Part shown: positions 26,958 through 40,236 of the stretch, piece by piece
How the letters are laid out: the number at the start of each line of letters is the position of its first letter
How positions within the stretch are numbered: the stretch's first letter is position 1
NCBI RefSeq assembly: GCF_018350175.1
Contig: NC_058368.1
Location: forward strand, 19,594,001 to 19,658,000
Direction: 5' to 3'
DNA from: Felis catus
Lineage: Eukaryota
Length of the DNA stretch: 64,000 nucleotides
The notes under the pieces: model-generated
Databases searched by the model: none
What the model saw: only the letters and a program-made list of their open reading frames with translations
Told to the model about the DNA's origin: nothing
Program-made: the position numbers and the translations under genes

Positions 26958-27789
26958 AGGGGCACCTGCGTGGCTCGGTCCGTAAAGTGTCCGACTCTTG
27001 ATTTTGTCTCAGGTCATGACCTCACAGTTTGTGAGTTCGAGCCCTGCATCAGCCTTCGCATGCATACATTCTTTCGCACCACCTCTCTCTCTTTCTCAAA
27101 GTAAATAAATAAACTTAAAAATAATAATAAATAAATGTGTTTTTTAGAGAAATATCTCATAGCTTGAAAACCGCCAGTAATAAAGGACACATGTCCGAGG
27201 GTGCAGCAAAAAGCCATACCCGCACACACGTAAATGCCCATCAGTGGGAGAATGGTTACAAAATTACGGTGAGGTACACATCACCAGAGATGATTCAGCC
27301 ATGAAAAAGAAGGAATTAGAGCTGTATTGGAGGGGTTTCTATAAAATGTTGGTGTGGGAGAAAAGCAAGACAAAAGCATGCATATGGTGATTACAAACAA
27401 TAATAATACAAGACTTATGTGTATCTCTGCTGGTGTATGATTGTAATGGCTGTTAACATGGACTGCCTGGAAGGTGATGGGGAGAGGGACCAATGTGACG
27501 TGGTGAGGAACGGAGAAGCTGCAGAGATAGGAGGAGTAAAGGAGAAAATGTTTTAAAAAGCACCTGGGGGTCTCAGTCAGTTAAGTGCCTGACTTCAGCT
27601 CAGATCATGATCTTGAGGTTCGTGAGTGCAGAGCCCGCTTTGGATCCTGTGTCCCCCTCTCTCTCTGCTCCTCCCCCTTTGCACTCTCTCTCCCTCTTTC
27701 TCTCTCTCTCAAAAATAAACATTTAAATAGATGATAGATAGATGATAGATAGATAGATAGATAGATGATGGATAGATAGATACATAGAT

Positions 27790-27834
<45 letters not shown>

Positions 27835-28560
27835 AAAGGTTGCATCAAGGGGTGCCTGGGTGGCTCAGTTGGTTGAGTGTCTGACTCTTAACTTTGGCCC
27901 AGGTCATGATCCTGGGGTTGTGGGATGGAGTCCCGTGTCAGGCTCTGTGCTGAGTGTGGAGCCTGCATACCAATCTCTGTTCCTCTCCCTCTGCTCCTTT
28001 ACCCCACTTACACCCCCCCCAAATTAAAAAAAGAAAAAAAACAGGTTGCATCAAGGAAAAATACAGTGTGTCTAATATCTCATTTTATCATTTATGTAAA
28101 TTTAGATAGGTATGTATATTTTAGAGATATTTTTAAGGTGAAATTAAAAGAAATAAACTCAGCTCTGGCCTAGGAAGCTAGGATGGCTGGGTATTACAGA
28201 GTTAAGAGATAGTCATCAGATGAACAGGCCAGTTTGTCTTTCCACTCGGTGGCCCTCTGTGGGCTGGTGGGCCTGAAAGCCTCCAAAATGGGAGAAGAAA
28301 GTAGAGGATAGAGAATCATTGACAGAGTCATTAAGAATTTACTGTCCCGGGGTGCCTGGGTGGCTCAGTTGGTTAAGTGTCCCACTTTGGCTCAGGTCAT
28401 GATCTCATGGTTTGTGGGTCCAAGCCCAGCGTCAGGCTCTGTGCTGACAGCTCAGAGCCTGGAGCCTGCTTTGGATTCTGTGTCTCCCTCTCCCTCTGCC
28501 CCTCCCCTGCTCACTCTCTGTCTCTCAAAAATAAATAAAAAACATTTTAAAAAATTAAAA
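26958..28560 (+). mobile_element. Cluster of four plus-strand SINECs (about 26958-27135, 27560-27725, 27849-28040, 28349-28560)
   Basis: tRNA-derived heads and A-tails; TSDs aggttgcatcaa and tttactgtccc. Confidence 0.88.
27727..27833. repeat. (GATA)n compound microsatellite
   Basis: Directly visible. Confidence 0.97.
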
Positions 28561-29292
28561 ATTTTACTGTCCCAAAAGACTCATGTTTTTCTCTCCTGCT
28601 GTGGTCTGGTTATGGAAACAAATACCTCTAATTCCCTTTAAGTAGGATAGAAAATGAGCCACATAAGGCTATACATTACTGGATTAACAGAAAGGAGAAA
28701 GCTCAAAGCCAGCGACTTTCAGTAATAGAAACATCCATTGTCTGGAATGTTCTCTTTGTCCTGGGCAGGCTTTCAGCTAGTAAAGCAGGTTTTACAGAAT
28801 GATGGACTTAATTGTGAAAGGCAGTGATTTTGTCAAGGTCATCACTTGTTATTCCAGAAAAGAAAACACTTCAAGAGAACTAAAACCAAGAAAGCTTGAA
28901 TCACTCTTTGCCCTGAATCTCCTCTGCCAGTCCTGTGGCCCCATTTTTCAGACTTCTGCAGCCAAAGCATGTCTCACAATGGAACTGGTGCTCAGTTCCT
29001 TGATAGTTGACCAGGGTAGTTAGTTCATGGTGTTTATTGAGTAACTCAAGGGAGTATGGCCAACCAACCACCAGTTGGTAAAAGCATTCCCACTGTCAAC
29101 TGTCAACTAATGGCCCCCAAAAGATCACCAGACAAACCTACATGTCAAGCAAAGCCACGTTTATGACAGCCTGAAATGAGGAAGTACGCCACATTGTAGA
29201 AACAGTAGTGTCCGAGAAGGGGAACATATGGGGAAAATCTGTAGTGTAGAGTTTTAGGTCCTGGGCTGAGTGATTTTAAGGTAGGTCTTACA

Positions 29293-29451
29293 GGGGTGCC
29301 TGGGGGGCTCATTCTGTTAAACATCTGACTTCAGCTCAGGTCATGATCTTACAGTTTGTGAACTTGAGCTTTCGTGAGTTCCAGCCCCACATCAGGCTCT
29401 CTGCTATCAGCACAGACCCCATTTTGGATCCTCTGTCCCCCTCTGTTTCTG

Positions 29452-29511
<60 letters not shown>

Positions 29512-29530
29512 AAAAATAAATAAACATTTT
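29293..29530 (+). mobile_element. SINEC
   Basis: TSD gtaggtctta; long (CT)n. Confidence 0.9.
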
Positions 29531-29917
29531 ACAGTAGGTCTTATAAGTGGAGACCTGCTTGGAACTGGGTGGAATTTCTGACATCACAGCCTTGGATTGG
29601 TGAGCATAGTAAACGAGGATTTTGAAGTTAGTTTTGAGGGGCCAGCTAAGAATAAGTCAGCTATTTTAGTTGGGTGGCAATCTTACCTTCCAGAAACAAA
29701 TGCTTCCCAGAGCAAATAGCTAAGGTAGATTTGCGCAGTCTCAGAATTATTTCACACCAGGACAGAAAACTGTTGGTTTCGGATGTCACCACTTAATCAT
29801 TTGCCAGCCTGAAATTTTCAGTAACTGGACACTTGCTGCCGCTGGAACTCATGACAGTAAACTCCAAGATACTGCCCCAAGTCTTTGCTTGTAATGGGTC
29901 ATATTGTGGTCACTACG

Positions 29918-30380
29918 TGTAGAGGCTGCTTTTAGGCAGCAGGCTTGAGCAATGGAATGTAGAGCAAGGCAAGGGGCCCACAGTGACCACTGAGCTGAAT
30001 GCAAACAGGCTCATTAAGTGACCCACCTCCAAATAGCCATAGACTCTAACTGACCAATTACAAGCAGGCACAGCTCCTAAGCTTACCAAAAAAGGGGAAA
30101 TTCCATATGTTCCCATAGGCCCTCACTCTGCCCTGTAACTGTGGCCCCTCACCACTGCCTCGAAGCAGACAGTCTCTCCTTTGCTGTCCTGCCTGCCACC
30201 CCCTTGCAGTGTATTCGATATACTTTTATCTCTTTTCTGCCTTGCGTGAATTCTTTTACTCCCCAGGCCACCAGCCCCCACCCGATCAGGACACCCCACA
30301 TTTGGGGGCCCTCATCTGATCAGGAGAGACACCACATTTGGTGGCTTGTGTATGGGGAGACTTTGTGGCCCTCCCAACTA
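29918..30380 (+). mobile_element. ERV LTR (29918-30336) followed by a PBS-like stub
   Basis: tgtagagg...accaca then tttggtggcttgtgtatgggga; same family as 26509-26924. Confidence 0.8.
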
Positions 30381-30411
30381 TGACTTGAAATAAGAATGAT
30401 ATGGGGAATTT

Positions 30412-30630
30412 AGGGGCGCCTGGGTAGCTCAGTCGGTTAAGCATCTGACTTCAGCTCAGGTCATAACCTCACGGTTTGTGAGTTTGAGCCCCACGTTGGA
30501 CTCTGTACAGGCAGCTTGGAGCCTGGAGCCTGCTTCGGATCCTGTGTCTCCCTCTCTCTCTGCCCCTCCCCTGCTCACACTCTGTCCCTCTCTCAAAAAT
30601 AAATAAACATTCAAAAAATTTAAAAAAAAA
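30412..30630 (+). mobile_element. SINEC
   Basis: TSD aagaatgatat(g/a)gggaattta. Confidence 0.93.
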
Positions 30631-30748
30631 AAGAATGATATAGGGAATTTAGAAAATTTTATACCTATAGGAAAAAAGATCTTTATTTATTTAAGATGCC
30701 AGCTGTAGCAAAGTTAAGAGCATTGGTTCTGGAGATAGACTGCTTTCA

Positions 30749-30895
30749 TTTTTTTTTTTAATATGAAATTTATTGTCAAATTGGTTTCCATACAACACCC
30801 AGTGCTCATCCCAACAGGTGCCCTCCTCAATGCCCATCACCCACTTTCCCCTCCTCACCCACCCCCCATCAACCCTCAGTTTATTCTCAGTATTT
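30749..30895 (-). mobile_element. Very short (~150 bp) 5'-truncated L1 3' end
   Basis: Poly-T plus aatatgaaatttattgtcaaattggtttcc, the same 3'UTR as the element at 47646; flanked by a ~75-bp duplication. Confidence 0.9.
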
Positions 30896-30922
30896 AAAAG
30901 ATCTTTATTTATTTAAGATGCC

Positions 30923-31137
30923 GGGGCGCCTGGGTGGCGCAGTCGGTTAAGCGTCCGACTTCAGCCAGGTCACGATCTCGCAGTCCGTGAGTTCGAGCCC
31001 CGCGTCGGGCTCTGGGCTGATGGCTCAGAGCCTGGAGCCTGCTTCCGATTCTGTGTCTCCCTCTCTCTCTCTGCCCCTCCCCCGTTCATGCTCTGTCTCT
31101 CTCTGTCCCAAAAATAAATAAATGCTGAAAAAAAAAA
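30923..31137 (+). mobile_element. Young SINEC_Fc
   Basis: TSD ttatttaagatgcc. Confidence 0.96.
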
Positions 31138-31151
31138 TTATTTAAGATGCC

Positions 31152-31395
31152 AATTGTAGCAAAGTTAAGAGCATTGGTTCTGGAGATAGACTGTTTTCAA
31201 ATCCTAGTTCTGTCATTTGCTAGCTGTGTGACTTTGAATGAGCCACTTAACAGCTCTGTGTCTTATTTTATTTATCTGTAAAATGGGAATAATATAAATC
31301 CCTGAAGTATTTAGGGGGTTAAGCGAGTTAATGTATGTATAACATTTAGAACATTGCCTGGCTTATATTAGCTATTCAACAAATGTAAATATTAT
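31152..31395 (+). mobile_element. MIR
   Basis: Core tctgtaaaatgggaataat; agctgtgtgactttg. Confidence 0.75.
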
Positions 31396-34300
31396 TGCTT
31401 AATAACTTGAGGGTTAACATTATTTAAAACTAAAACCAAAGTCCATCACCTGCTGGCTCTTGGACCCCAGCTTTTCCATCAGTGCTTCCTTCCTTTTCTC
31501 CAGACTCTGTAGTCGTTTGGCTACTTGCCACCCGCATCAATCTCAGTCACTTCTCTCTCTAGATCACCCATGCCACTCTCCCAAACCAGTATCATGAGAC
31601 TGAAAGCTTTACAGCAAAGAAAGAAGTAGGATAGTTTCCACTGGAGGTCCAGGCACCAGGTGGGGAAGCTGAGCATGCAGGGAAAACCTTCTGAAGATTA
31701 AAAGGTTCTTGCTATCCGGAGCTTTGAGTGACCCATGTAGCCTATCTTCTCCAAGTTCTTGTTGGGGACATAAGACAAGCTTCGTATATGCCCCTTGCCA
31801 TAGTTTTTAACAAGCTTTCTGTCCTCGTTAGACATTTATTTGCTGGGCTTGATTTCAGGTGGGCCAGAGACTCGAAAATGGGATCCTGTGTTTGGGTAAC
31901 AAGCATGTGTTTCTAAGATTTCTAGTTCCATAGATCAGCACGTGACTGTTCATATCCAAAAGGAAGGGTCCCTCAGAGGACACCTCCTTCCATAAGAAGA
32001 TGAAAGCCAGTCCCATGCCCAAGCTTCTTTATAAGTGTTTTGGTCTACAGAAATTTTATTTGACTGTAATTTACTGCCAATCACCAATTTTATACAACTG
32101 TATCCACTCATGGGCTCGCCATATGAGAATTACATATGGAATGGTGCTCCACCCAGATGCCAATCAGAGATTGTCTCCCCCTGTGGCTCTCTCTTAGGAC
32201 AGGTGAAAGATTCCATGGAAGCGTCTAGCAGACTTCAAACCTTATTAGACAGAAATGGGTCAGATGCTCATTCCTAAACCTGTCAGTGGCGAGGGGGTGG
32301 AATGACCATGACTGACTCTGACTGACATAGAATAGGACTCATGCAGCCAGCCACAGTGGCCCCTGAAAGCACCTGCTATGCCCCAGGCATTGTGTGAGGT
32401 GCTGAAATATTATTTCACTTAGTCCCATAGCAGCACTATGAGCTGGGTATTATATTCCCCATTTTATAAACACAGAGACAGAGGCTTGGCAGTTGTAATC
32501 ATCATCATCCTCACTGAGCATTTACTGTGCTCCAGGAGACATCCTTCGTGTTTTACATGCATCAGTTTAGTTAATCTCCACCGTTACCTTTTCAGATAAG
32601 TTCTGTCGTTCGTTCACGTTGTAAATGAGGAAACAGGGACACAGAGTAACTTGTCAAGCTTCCACAGCTAGCTGGGGGCAGAGTCAAGATTCAACCCTAG
32701 GAAGTTTGGCTCCAGTGTCAGGGCACTTTGTCACACACTGCTGAGGTCACACAGCGGGTGGGTGGAGGAGTCAGGAATCACAGACAAGTTGGTCTGGTTC
32801 CAGTGTCCAAAATGTCAGTCTATCCTGTATCCCACCCCCCGCCCCCTCGCCATTCATCAGTACAGTGCTGTAAGGTTATCGAAAACACAGTCTGCATGTT
32901 TGTTTAATTATCAAGTTAGCCCTGTGGAGTGCAGTGTGGCACACAGAAGAAAGGGCTAAGCCTGGGAGCAGGTAAATAGAGTCACAGAACAGAATGGCAG
33001 AAGCTGTTCTTGAACCATGACCCTAAGAGCTGTCATGACATGACCACAACCAGCTTGCCCTATTCTGATTCCCCGTCTGTGGATAACATGAGCTACATCT
33101 TTAATCTTGTATAACCCTCCATACAGGTGCTGGGCATTCCCTTATTTACTATAGAAATTATAGGAAAATGAGTGAGTAGGTTTTTCTGCAGGCAAACCGT
33201 AAGCGTGGCAAAATTCTGGCCAGAGTCTGCATCATTTATTAGTACTGCATGCATACTGGTCAATAATCAACAGTGATTACGTACTTGCTATCACTAATCG
33301 ATAGTGATTAAATCCCTGATGGCTCCAGGATGCTAATGTTTCCCCTGCACTTGGAACCCAGGAAAACAACAACATAGATTTTCATTTTGACATCATTTAC
33401 AAATATTTTTAGTTACAAAGAAGAAAAAGTGGAATAGATGATATGACAAAGGAATGGATGGACCAAGGGAGGCACAGCTTCACGTGGAGGTGGGGGAGGG
33501 GCAGCTCACAAGTTCATCCGAGCCACATGGAGGCGCAAGTGTCGCCTCACGGCCAGCCATGTTGTAAGCTGTTCGTGGTTTTTCTTGTCTTGTTTGATGA
33601 AAAGTTTGTCATATTTCTACTTCACAAAGTAAATAGAACCATCACGTCTGAGTGAACCCAGAACCATCATCATGTCTCATCATTTCTGAAGCCACTTTTG
33701 TACGTTTCTGGAGGTTTCCTCATGGTTCTCATGTTTAATCCTCTCCCCCTCCGTGCTCTTGTGTTCCTTCAATATTTTTTTAATTGCTGAGTTAGTTCAA
33801 TGATTTAACTGGATTGTCACCTACTCTGAACATGTTTTGGTGTTTCTACTGGTCTGATATTTAATTCTTAGGAAGTTAATTTTTGCTTTAGCGACTTACA
33901 AAACCAGAGTTAAAGTCAATTGAAGGAAAATCATCTAGGATGCTAATGCTTCAATAAGCTGTTTAAGAACCAACAATAGACTCACCTTACACTTGGGGAT
34001 AATGTATCCAGCTTTTCTTTCAATAGAAATTAGGAGGCACCAGCAACGTAAAGGCCCAGCAGTCCGATTCCAAAAGTGTCACTAAGCATACATTAGGCAA
34101 CGTATGTATTAATTATTGAATACACCCAAGGGTGACTAAATTACACAGTCACAGAATCTCAGGCACCGTGCTCAGCACATATCAGACATTTAATGAGGCT
34201 TTGATGAGTAAATGGCTGGCTACTTACAAAACCTAATGAGATCAGAGCCTCATGTATTTCAATCCCAGAACAATGTCACATTCAACGACACACAGTTCAG

Positions 34301-35014
34301 TGGTACAAAATCACGTAAAATAAATTTTTCTTTGATATCTGTCTTTACGTTATTTAGACGAAAAACACATTTGGTAATAACCCACTCTTAACACCTAAGT
34401 AGCCCTGATAATCCTCTACATCCTCTGTTCTTCTTCTCTCTTCTCCTCATTCGTTAATCTCTTGGAAACCCAAACCAGGTTTTAGAAAACAACCAATTCT
34501 CATTTCCAAATATTTTAGTACTACAGTCCCTCCAGGTAGTAACATCCAGGAGGGAAAAAGGTTACAGGTATGCTTCAAGAATTTCAACTGATTCTCAGTT
34601 CTTCCTTGTGCACAACTTGGCTTAGAATTCTTACTTCTTTTGGGTAGAGAGAATTGAATTTAAAAGTCAACAATCTAGGAACTTCACAATTACTGAGACC
34701 GCCTGCTACCTTCCAGAAATAAGCACCCATGAAGACTACAGACGCTACTATTTATTAACCATACTTGTTCTATAACTGGGGTTCTCAAATTAAATTTAAG
34801 CTTGAAAACAGACACTCCACAGCTTTGTCAATCACCCCTCCCCACATAGCACATTAGGTCAGGCCAAGTAGAGCAGGGCAGAGTGGGGGGGACACGAATT
34901 CCAATTGTTCCAAGAGGATATTTGGAGCACCAGACTTGTTGCTGTTAGTGAGGGTGTCAGTTTGAGGCATCCATGATGACTTCATGTGACCTCACCCCAT
35001 GTTTTATCCTTTCC

Positions 35015-35208
35015 TTTTTTTAAAAAAAAAAAGTTTATTTATTTTGAGAGAGAGGAGTGGGGTGGGGGGGGGGGGAGAAAGAGAGAGTCCCAAGCAGGCT
35101 CCATACCGTCAGCACAGAGCCTGATGTGGGGATTGATCTCACAAACGGTGAGATCATGACCTGAACCAAAGTCGGAAGCTTAACCAGTTGAGCCACTGAG
35201 GCGCCCCT
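35015..35208 (-). mobile_element. SINEC
   Basis: SINE body ending gaggcgcccc. Confidence 0.88.
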
Positions 35209-36721
35209 GCACGTTAGACATTTTGGATTGTTAAAGTCTCTGTTGGCAGGTTTGGATGGCACAGGGAACACCTTAGAGTCATCAGCCATGGTCCCAACCC
35301 CTTGTCTGATGGGCGGCTTCTGCCAACAGCCCCGGAAGCTCATCCAGTCCGTGGTGGAGACCCCAAGATCTTTGGTTTTGCACGATGGCAGTTCTTGTTC
35401 CTTGGGACTTTTTCAGGTTCAGGAAATGGAAACCCACTTGAACTAATGTCCGCAAAACAGAGAAAGTCTTGTAAGGACACAAGAGTGCCACGGAGAGCAG
35501 CCTAGCTGTGGAAGGTCAGGGGCCAGAAGGCCATGTGCTGCAAGGAGCCCCGGAGTGCCCTGTCCCCATCTCTTTCTCCACTTCGCTAAGTATGTTTTGT
35601 TCTTTTCTTCCTGCAGCAGACTGTTTTTCTCCACTTCTCCGCCCCTGTGAACAGAAGATGCCCCTTGCCAAGAACTCCCAGGTCTACACAGGCTCTCCTC
35701 CCAAGTCTACACAGGCTCTCAGTCTAACTGAGGCCGGGCACTCGCTGTCTCCCACCCCTAGAGGCCCGCTTCTGCTCATAGCCCCCTCCCCTGTAATTCC
35801 CATTTACCAAAGCGGCCACGAAACTCAAACATCTTTCTACTGAGGTTGAAAAAAAAAACAAGCGAAGGAATGGTTTTGCCTCTTGGTATCTGTGAGCTGT
35901 GGGGCCCACACCCAGGACCTCTCTTGCCTGGTTGAAGGAAGGGTGGCTGTAAGCCTTACATTTCCTGAATCTCTGAGTAAATCAGCCTGGTGTTAGAACC
36001 CAAAACAAAACCAGGAAGCCCAATATGTCATCATTTTTATGTAATGTCCTTTTGGAAATTCTGACTAATGTATTAAAGCATTAGATAGAAAGCATTAGAT
36101 AGATATTGATACAAATATCAAATTGCATACAAATTTCATATATAACAAAGAGAAAGGAAGAGTTTTTTTAATATATTGAGAGGGAATTCCTAATTATCAA
36201 TTCAAAACATATCTCTGTCCCTTACCTCTCTCCAATACCAAATACTAATTTAATTCCATGTACATTCAAGAGTTACACACTTCAAAATAAGCTATTGGAG
36301 GGGGAAAACCAGAAGAAAATAAAAGTGAAGATTTATCAAGTCTGTGTATGGAGGAGAACATTCTAAGTATAAATTTTCCAGAAAAAAAAAAGCAACTGCA
36401 AGCTTTTTAAAAATTAAAAGTGACCAAGTTATCCCTGAAGTAAAATCATTCAGTAGAACCTAAATAACACAACAAACAGCAGATTGGGAAAAGAATTTGC
36501 AGCAATAAGGCAGGAGACAGTACCTTTAAGTGGGTAAATCTTCATTCCAATTGGTAGGAACAATGCTAAAAACTCTGGTTTAATAAACAAAGGTAGAAAG
36601 CTGACAATCCACACAGAAGAGGGAGTAACACTAGGAAACAATCATTAGAAAAGGTATAGTCTCACAAGTAATATTAATGCAAATTTAAAATCCAAAATAA
36701 GGCCCCATTTTCACCTTAAAA

Positions 36722-37145
36722 TTTTTTTTTAGCTTTTAAGGAGAGAGTGGGGAAGAGGGGCAGAGGGAGAGAAAGAGAGACAGAGAGAGACAGAGAGAGA
36801 GAGTGAATCTTAAGCAGGCTTCACGTTCAGCACAGAGCCTGATATGAGGTTCCATCCCATGACCCTGGGATCATGACCTGAGCTGAAATCAAGGGTCAGT
36901 TGCTCAACTGACTGAGCCACACAGGTGCCCCTGCACCTTTTTTTTTTTTTAATGTTTATTTATTTTTGAGAGAGACAGAGTGGGAGTGGGGAAGAGGCAC
37001 ATAGAAAGGAGGACAGAGGATCCTAAGCAGGCTCTGTGCTGAGAGTGGTGAGCCCAACCTGGGGCTCGAACTCACAAACCAAACTGTGAGACCATGACCT
37101 GAGCCAAAGTTGGATGTTCAACCAACTGAACCCCTAAGGGGCCCC
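36722..37145 (-). mobile_element. Two tandem SINECs (about 36722-36931 and 36938-37145)
   Basis: Two SINE bodies joined by tgcac(c)ttt repeats. Confidence 0.88.
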
Positions 37146-37195
37146 TGCACTTTTTTTTTTCAATGGCATTACTCAAATTTAATGAGTGGGTAGTT

Positions 37196-38001
37196 GTAGG
37201 ACAATAAAAATATTATCGGTGTCTGCCCCCAGTTCCTTGTGAGTTCCTAAGTGATAGGAGCATGAGGAACCTCTTTTGTTCTATTGATGCGACTCTCGGT
37301 GTGCTCCTGGTTGGCTCCTGGATGGGGCCTGGTCTTCAGAAGGACCAAGCCATAATTAGAAGCGGGAATTAGCAGCACCCCTCCTGCCTTCGACTTCCCC
37401 AGGGAGGGAGTGGGGCTGGAAACAGAATTAATAGTGGATCATGCCTAAGTGAGGAAGCCTGCACTGAATGCCAATAACACGGGGTTCAGGGAACTTCCAG
37501 GTTGATGAACACACCCACATAGGGAGGGTGATGAACCCCGACTCATGAAGACAGGAACCCCTGTGCTCAGGACCCTCCCAGATCTCATTCTAGGCATTTC
37601 TTCATCTGGCTGCTCATCTCCTTCCTCTCTCCTATCCACTATGAAACTGGTTAACGTAAGTAAGTGCTTCCCTGAGTTCTGTGAGCTGCTCTAGCAAATT
37701 ATCTAACCTGAGGAGGGTCTGTTGGGAACCTCTGATTTATAGTTGAATCAAACAGAATTTTGGGGTAACCTAGAGACCCACTATTTACAACTGGCATCTG
37801 AAGTGGGAGGCGCTGAGCCCTTAACCAGTGGGATCTGATACTATCTCCAGGTAGACAATGTCACAGTGAATTAAATGGTGGGTTGCAGAGTATTGCTTGG
37901 TGTGGGGGAAACCTGGTCACATTTGGTGACCAGAATTGTCAAAAGTGAAGTGTGAGTGGTAAAAGAGACACAGCCAGGTGGAAAACTGAGTTTTTCTGAC
38001 A
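37196..38001 (+). mobile_element. MER21-like LTR
   Basis: Recognised motifs (ccctgagttctgtgagctgctctagcaaattat; tggtgaccagaattgtcaaaagtgaagtg). Confidence 0.7.
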
Positions 38002-38187
38002 CGGTAGTAAAACCAACGCCATTTATACAGAGCTGGTAGAATGGTCAATTAATACAGACGTGTCAGAAAATAATTCAGGGAACTTTACCCCTTGACTCAC
38101 AATTTCTACTTCCTTGAGTCTAAACAAAAGAAATAATCCAAAATAGGAACAAATATATTCATTGCAGTGATTTTTATAATAAAATAT

Positions 38188-38386
38188 ATTTTTAATGTTT
38201 AGTTTTGATAGAGGGAGAACATGAGCAGGGAAAGGGCAGAGAGAAAGGGAATCACAGAATCTGAAGCAGGCTTCAGATTATGAGCTGTTAGCACGGAGCC
38301 TGATGTGGGGCTCAAACCCGCAAACCTGGAGATCATGACCTGAGCCTGAGTTGGATGCTTAACCGGCAGAGCCACCCAGGCGCCCC
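38188..38386 (-). mobile_element. SINEC
   Basis: SINE body; tataat(a/g)aaa flanks. Confidence 0.88.
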
Positions 38387-39451
38387 TATAATGAAAAAAA
38401 AATTAAAAAACAAACATAATGTTCAGTGCTGGTAGAAGGGCTTAGTAAATTATGGTCCATTCTCTCATGACCACAAATATTTATTGAGCACCTACCATAA
38501 GCCAAGCTTTGAGGAAAGAGCTGAAGATACAAAGATGGGCCAGACAAAATCCCTGCATTGCCTTACAGTGTAATGGGATGTATTATATGAGGTGGAGGGG
38601 AGAAAAAGCAGGGAGTAATTTGTTGAGGAATTACTATGTGTTTGGTATTTTACATAGATGGTCACATTTAATCCTCTGAAGTCCTGAGTCCTTAAGTGAT
38701 AAATTGGGAACAGACGGGAAGAAGCCAACAGAGAGGGGTCACACTGTGCCCCTCTATGGAGCCCTCCTGCATTTTGTCATGTTACTTTCTCTCTTCCATC
38801 CCTGGTGCTCACTTCGTGCTTTTCAGATCACTCCTGGGAACCATGGCAAGTGTCAAGTTTTGGCTGGAAGAAGGGGCTTTAGCTTCAGGCCTCTGTTCAA
38901 ACTGAATCTCCATTCCCTTTGCAGGGTAGAAATTCTACCACCACCAGCTAAGAATTCCAAAGACTTTTACCCTTAGCATCCAGATGAATCCCTCTCTCCC
39001 TGCCCCTGCCTTCCAACTTGCATCTCAAATTCACTATTCTGCTGACAAATGATGCTCTGTTTAACAGAATCCTGTCTTCTATAAGCTAGTTGAGGGAATA
39101 AATAGCAAAAGAAATTTTCGCATGCAAAAGCAAGCAAACAAATAAAAGCCTTTAATGGTTCTCTAATACCTAATAATAAATTTAGACTCTTAAAATGGGT
39201 TTTCTAGACCCTCCAATACGTGCTTTCTCATCACCCATTACTCCCCAAAACATCATCTCCATTCCAGCACATTCCATTTATAAGCCACTTTGCAGCCAAT
39301 GGCTCAGTTTTAGAAATGAGGATATAAGCCATCATGATAATAAAAGTTAACAGTAAATGATAACATAAATGCAAATGAGGTGGAAAGAAGTTAACTGAGC
39401 ATTAACCAAGACATAGGGTAATCTTTGGAGCATGTGTAGGTCCATACACAT

Positions 39452-40236
39452 TGAAGGGAAAGAAAAATTCTTCTCTACCCTCAACGTCTTCCAGCTGGAT
39501 TAAATTAAATTTACATGAGCCAGGTTAACAGAAAAAAAACCCAAAGTTTTATTACCTGTGTGTGGAGGCCCAATAATGAAATTGAGACCTGAAGAAATGA
39601 CTAAGGCAAGCAGTTTCTGTGCTTTTTAGGTGAGAAGACAATAAGTCTATGAGGGCTTGACAGGACAAGAAAAACCTAACTTTGGGAGCTTCAGTTAGTA
39701 AGGAATTCTAAAATGTTTTTTTAATTTTATTTTATTATTTTCGAGAGAGAGAGGCAGAGCACAAGTGCAGGAGGGGCAGAGAGAGAGGGAGACACAAAAT
39801 CCAAAGCAGGCTTCATGCTCCGAGCTGTCAGCACAGAGCCCCACATGGGGCTCAAACCCATGAACTGCAAAATCATGCTCTGAGCCAAAGTTGGACACGT
39901 AACCAACTGAGCTACCCAGATGCCTATGAATTAGTAAGGAATTCTAAACAGCATTTGGGCTGGTGTTGTAAATTAGTAAAAAAAAAAAAAAAAGTAACAA
40001 AGATTGTTTATACAGCCTTCTCAGCCCTGAATTTCCCATCTCTGGAGATAAGGATGTTTCTCACCTCCTGGTATAGGCAGGGTACCTCTCACATGGGACA
40101 TTCATTTCATGCTTTCTGGGGGACAGAGGAGGGTCAAAGTGTCCTGCTTGCACAGGCTGTCTTTTAAGGAACTTTTATTTAAAATATTCAATATGACAAA
40201 GTGGCACATTTTGGGGCAGCCTGCCTTTGGCCCCTA
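39452..40236 (-). mobile_element. MER34-like solo LTR interrupted by a SINE (about 39712-39925)
   Basis: LTR-start motif gctgccccaaaatgtgccactttg on the minus strand; SINE TSD ttagtaaggaattctaaa. Confidence 0.7.
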
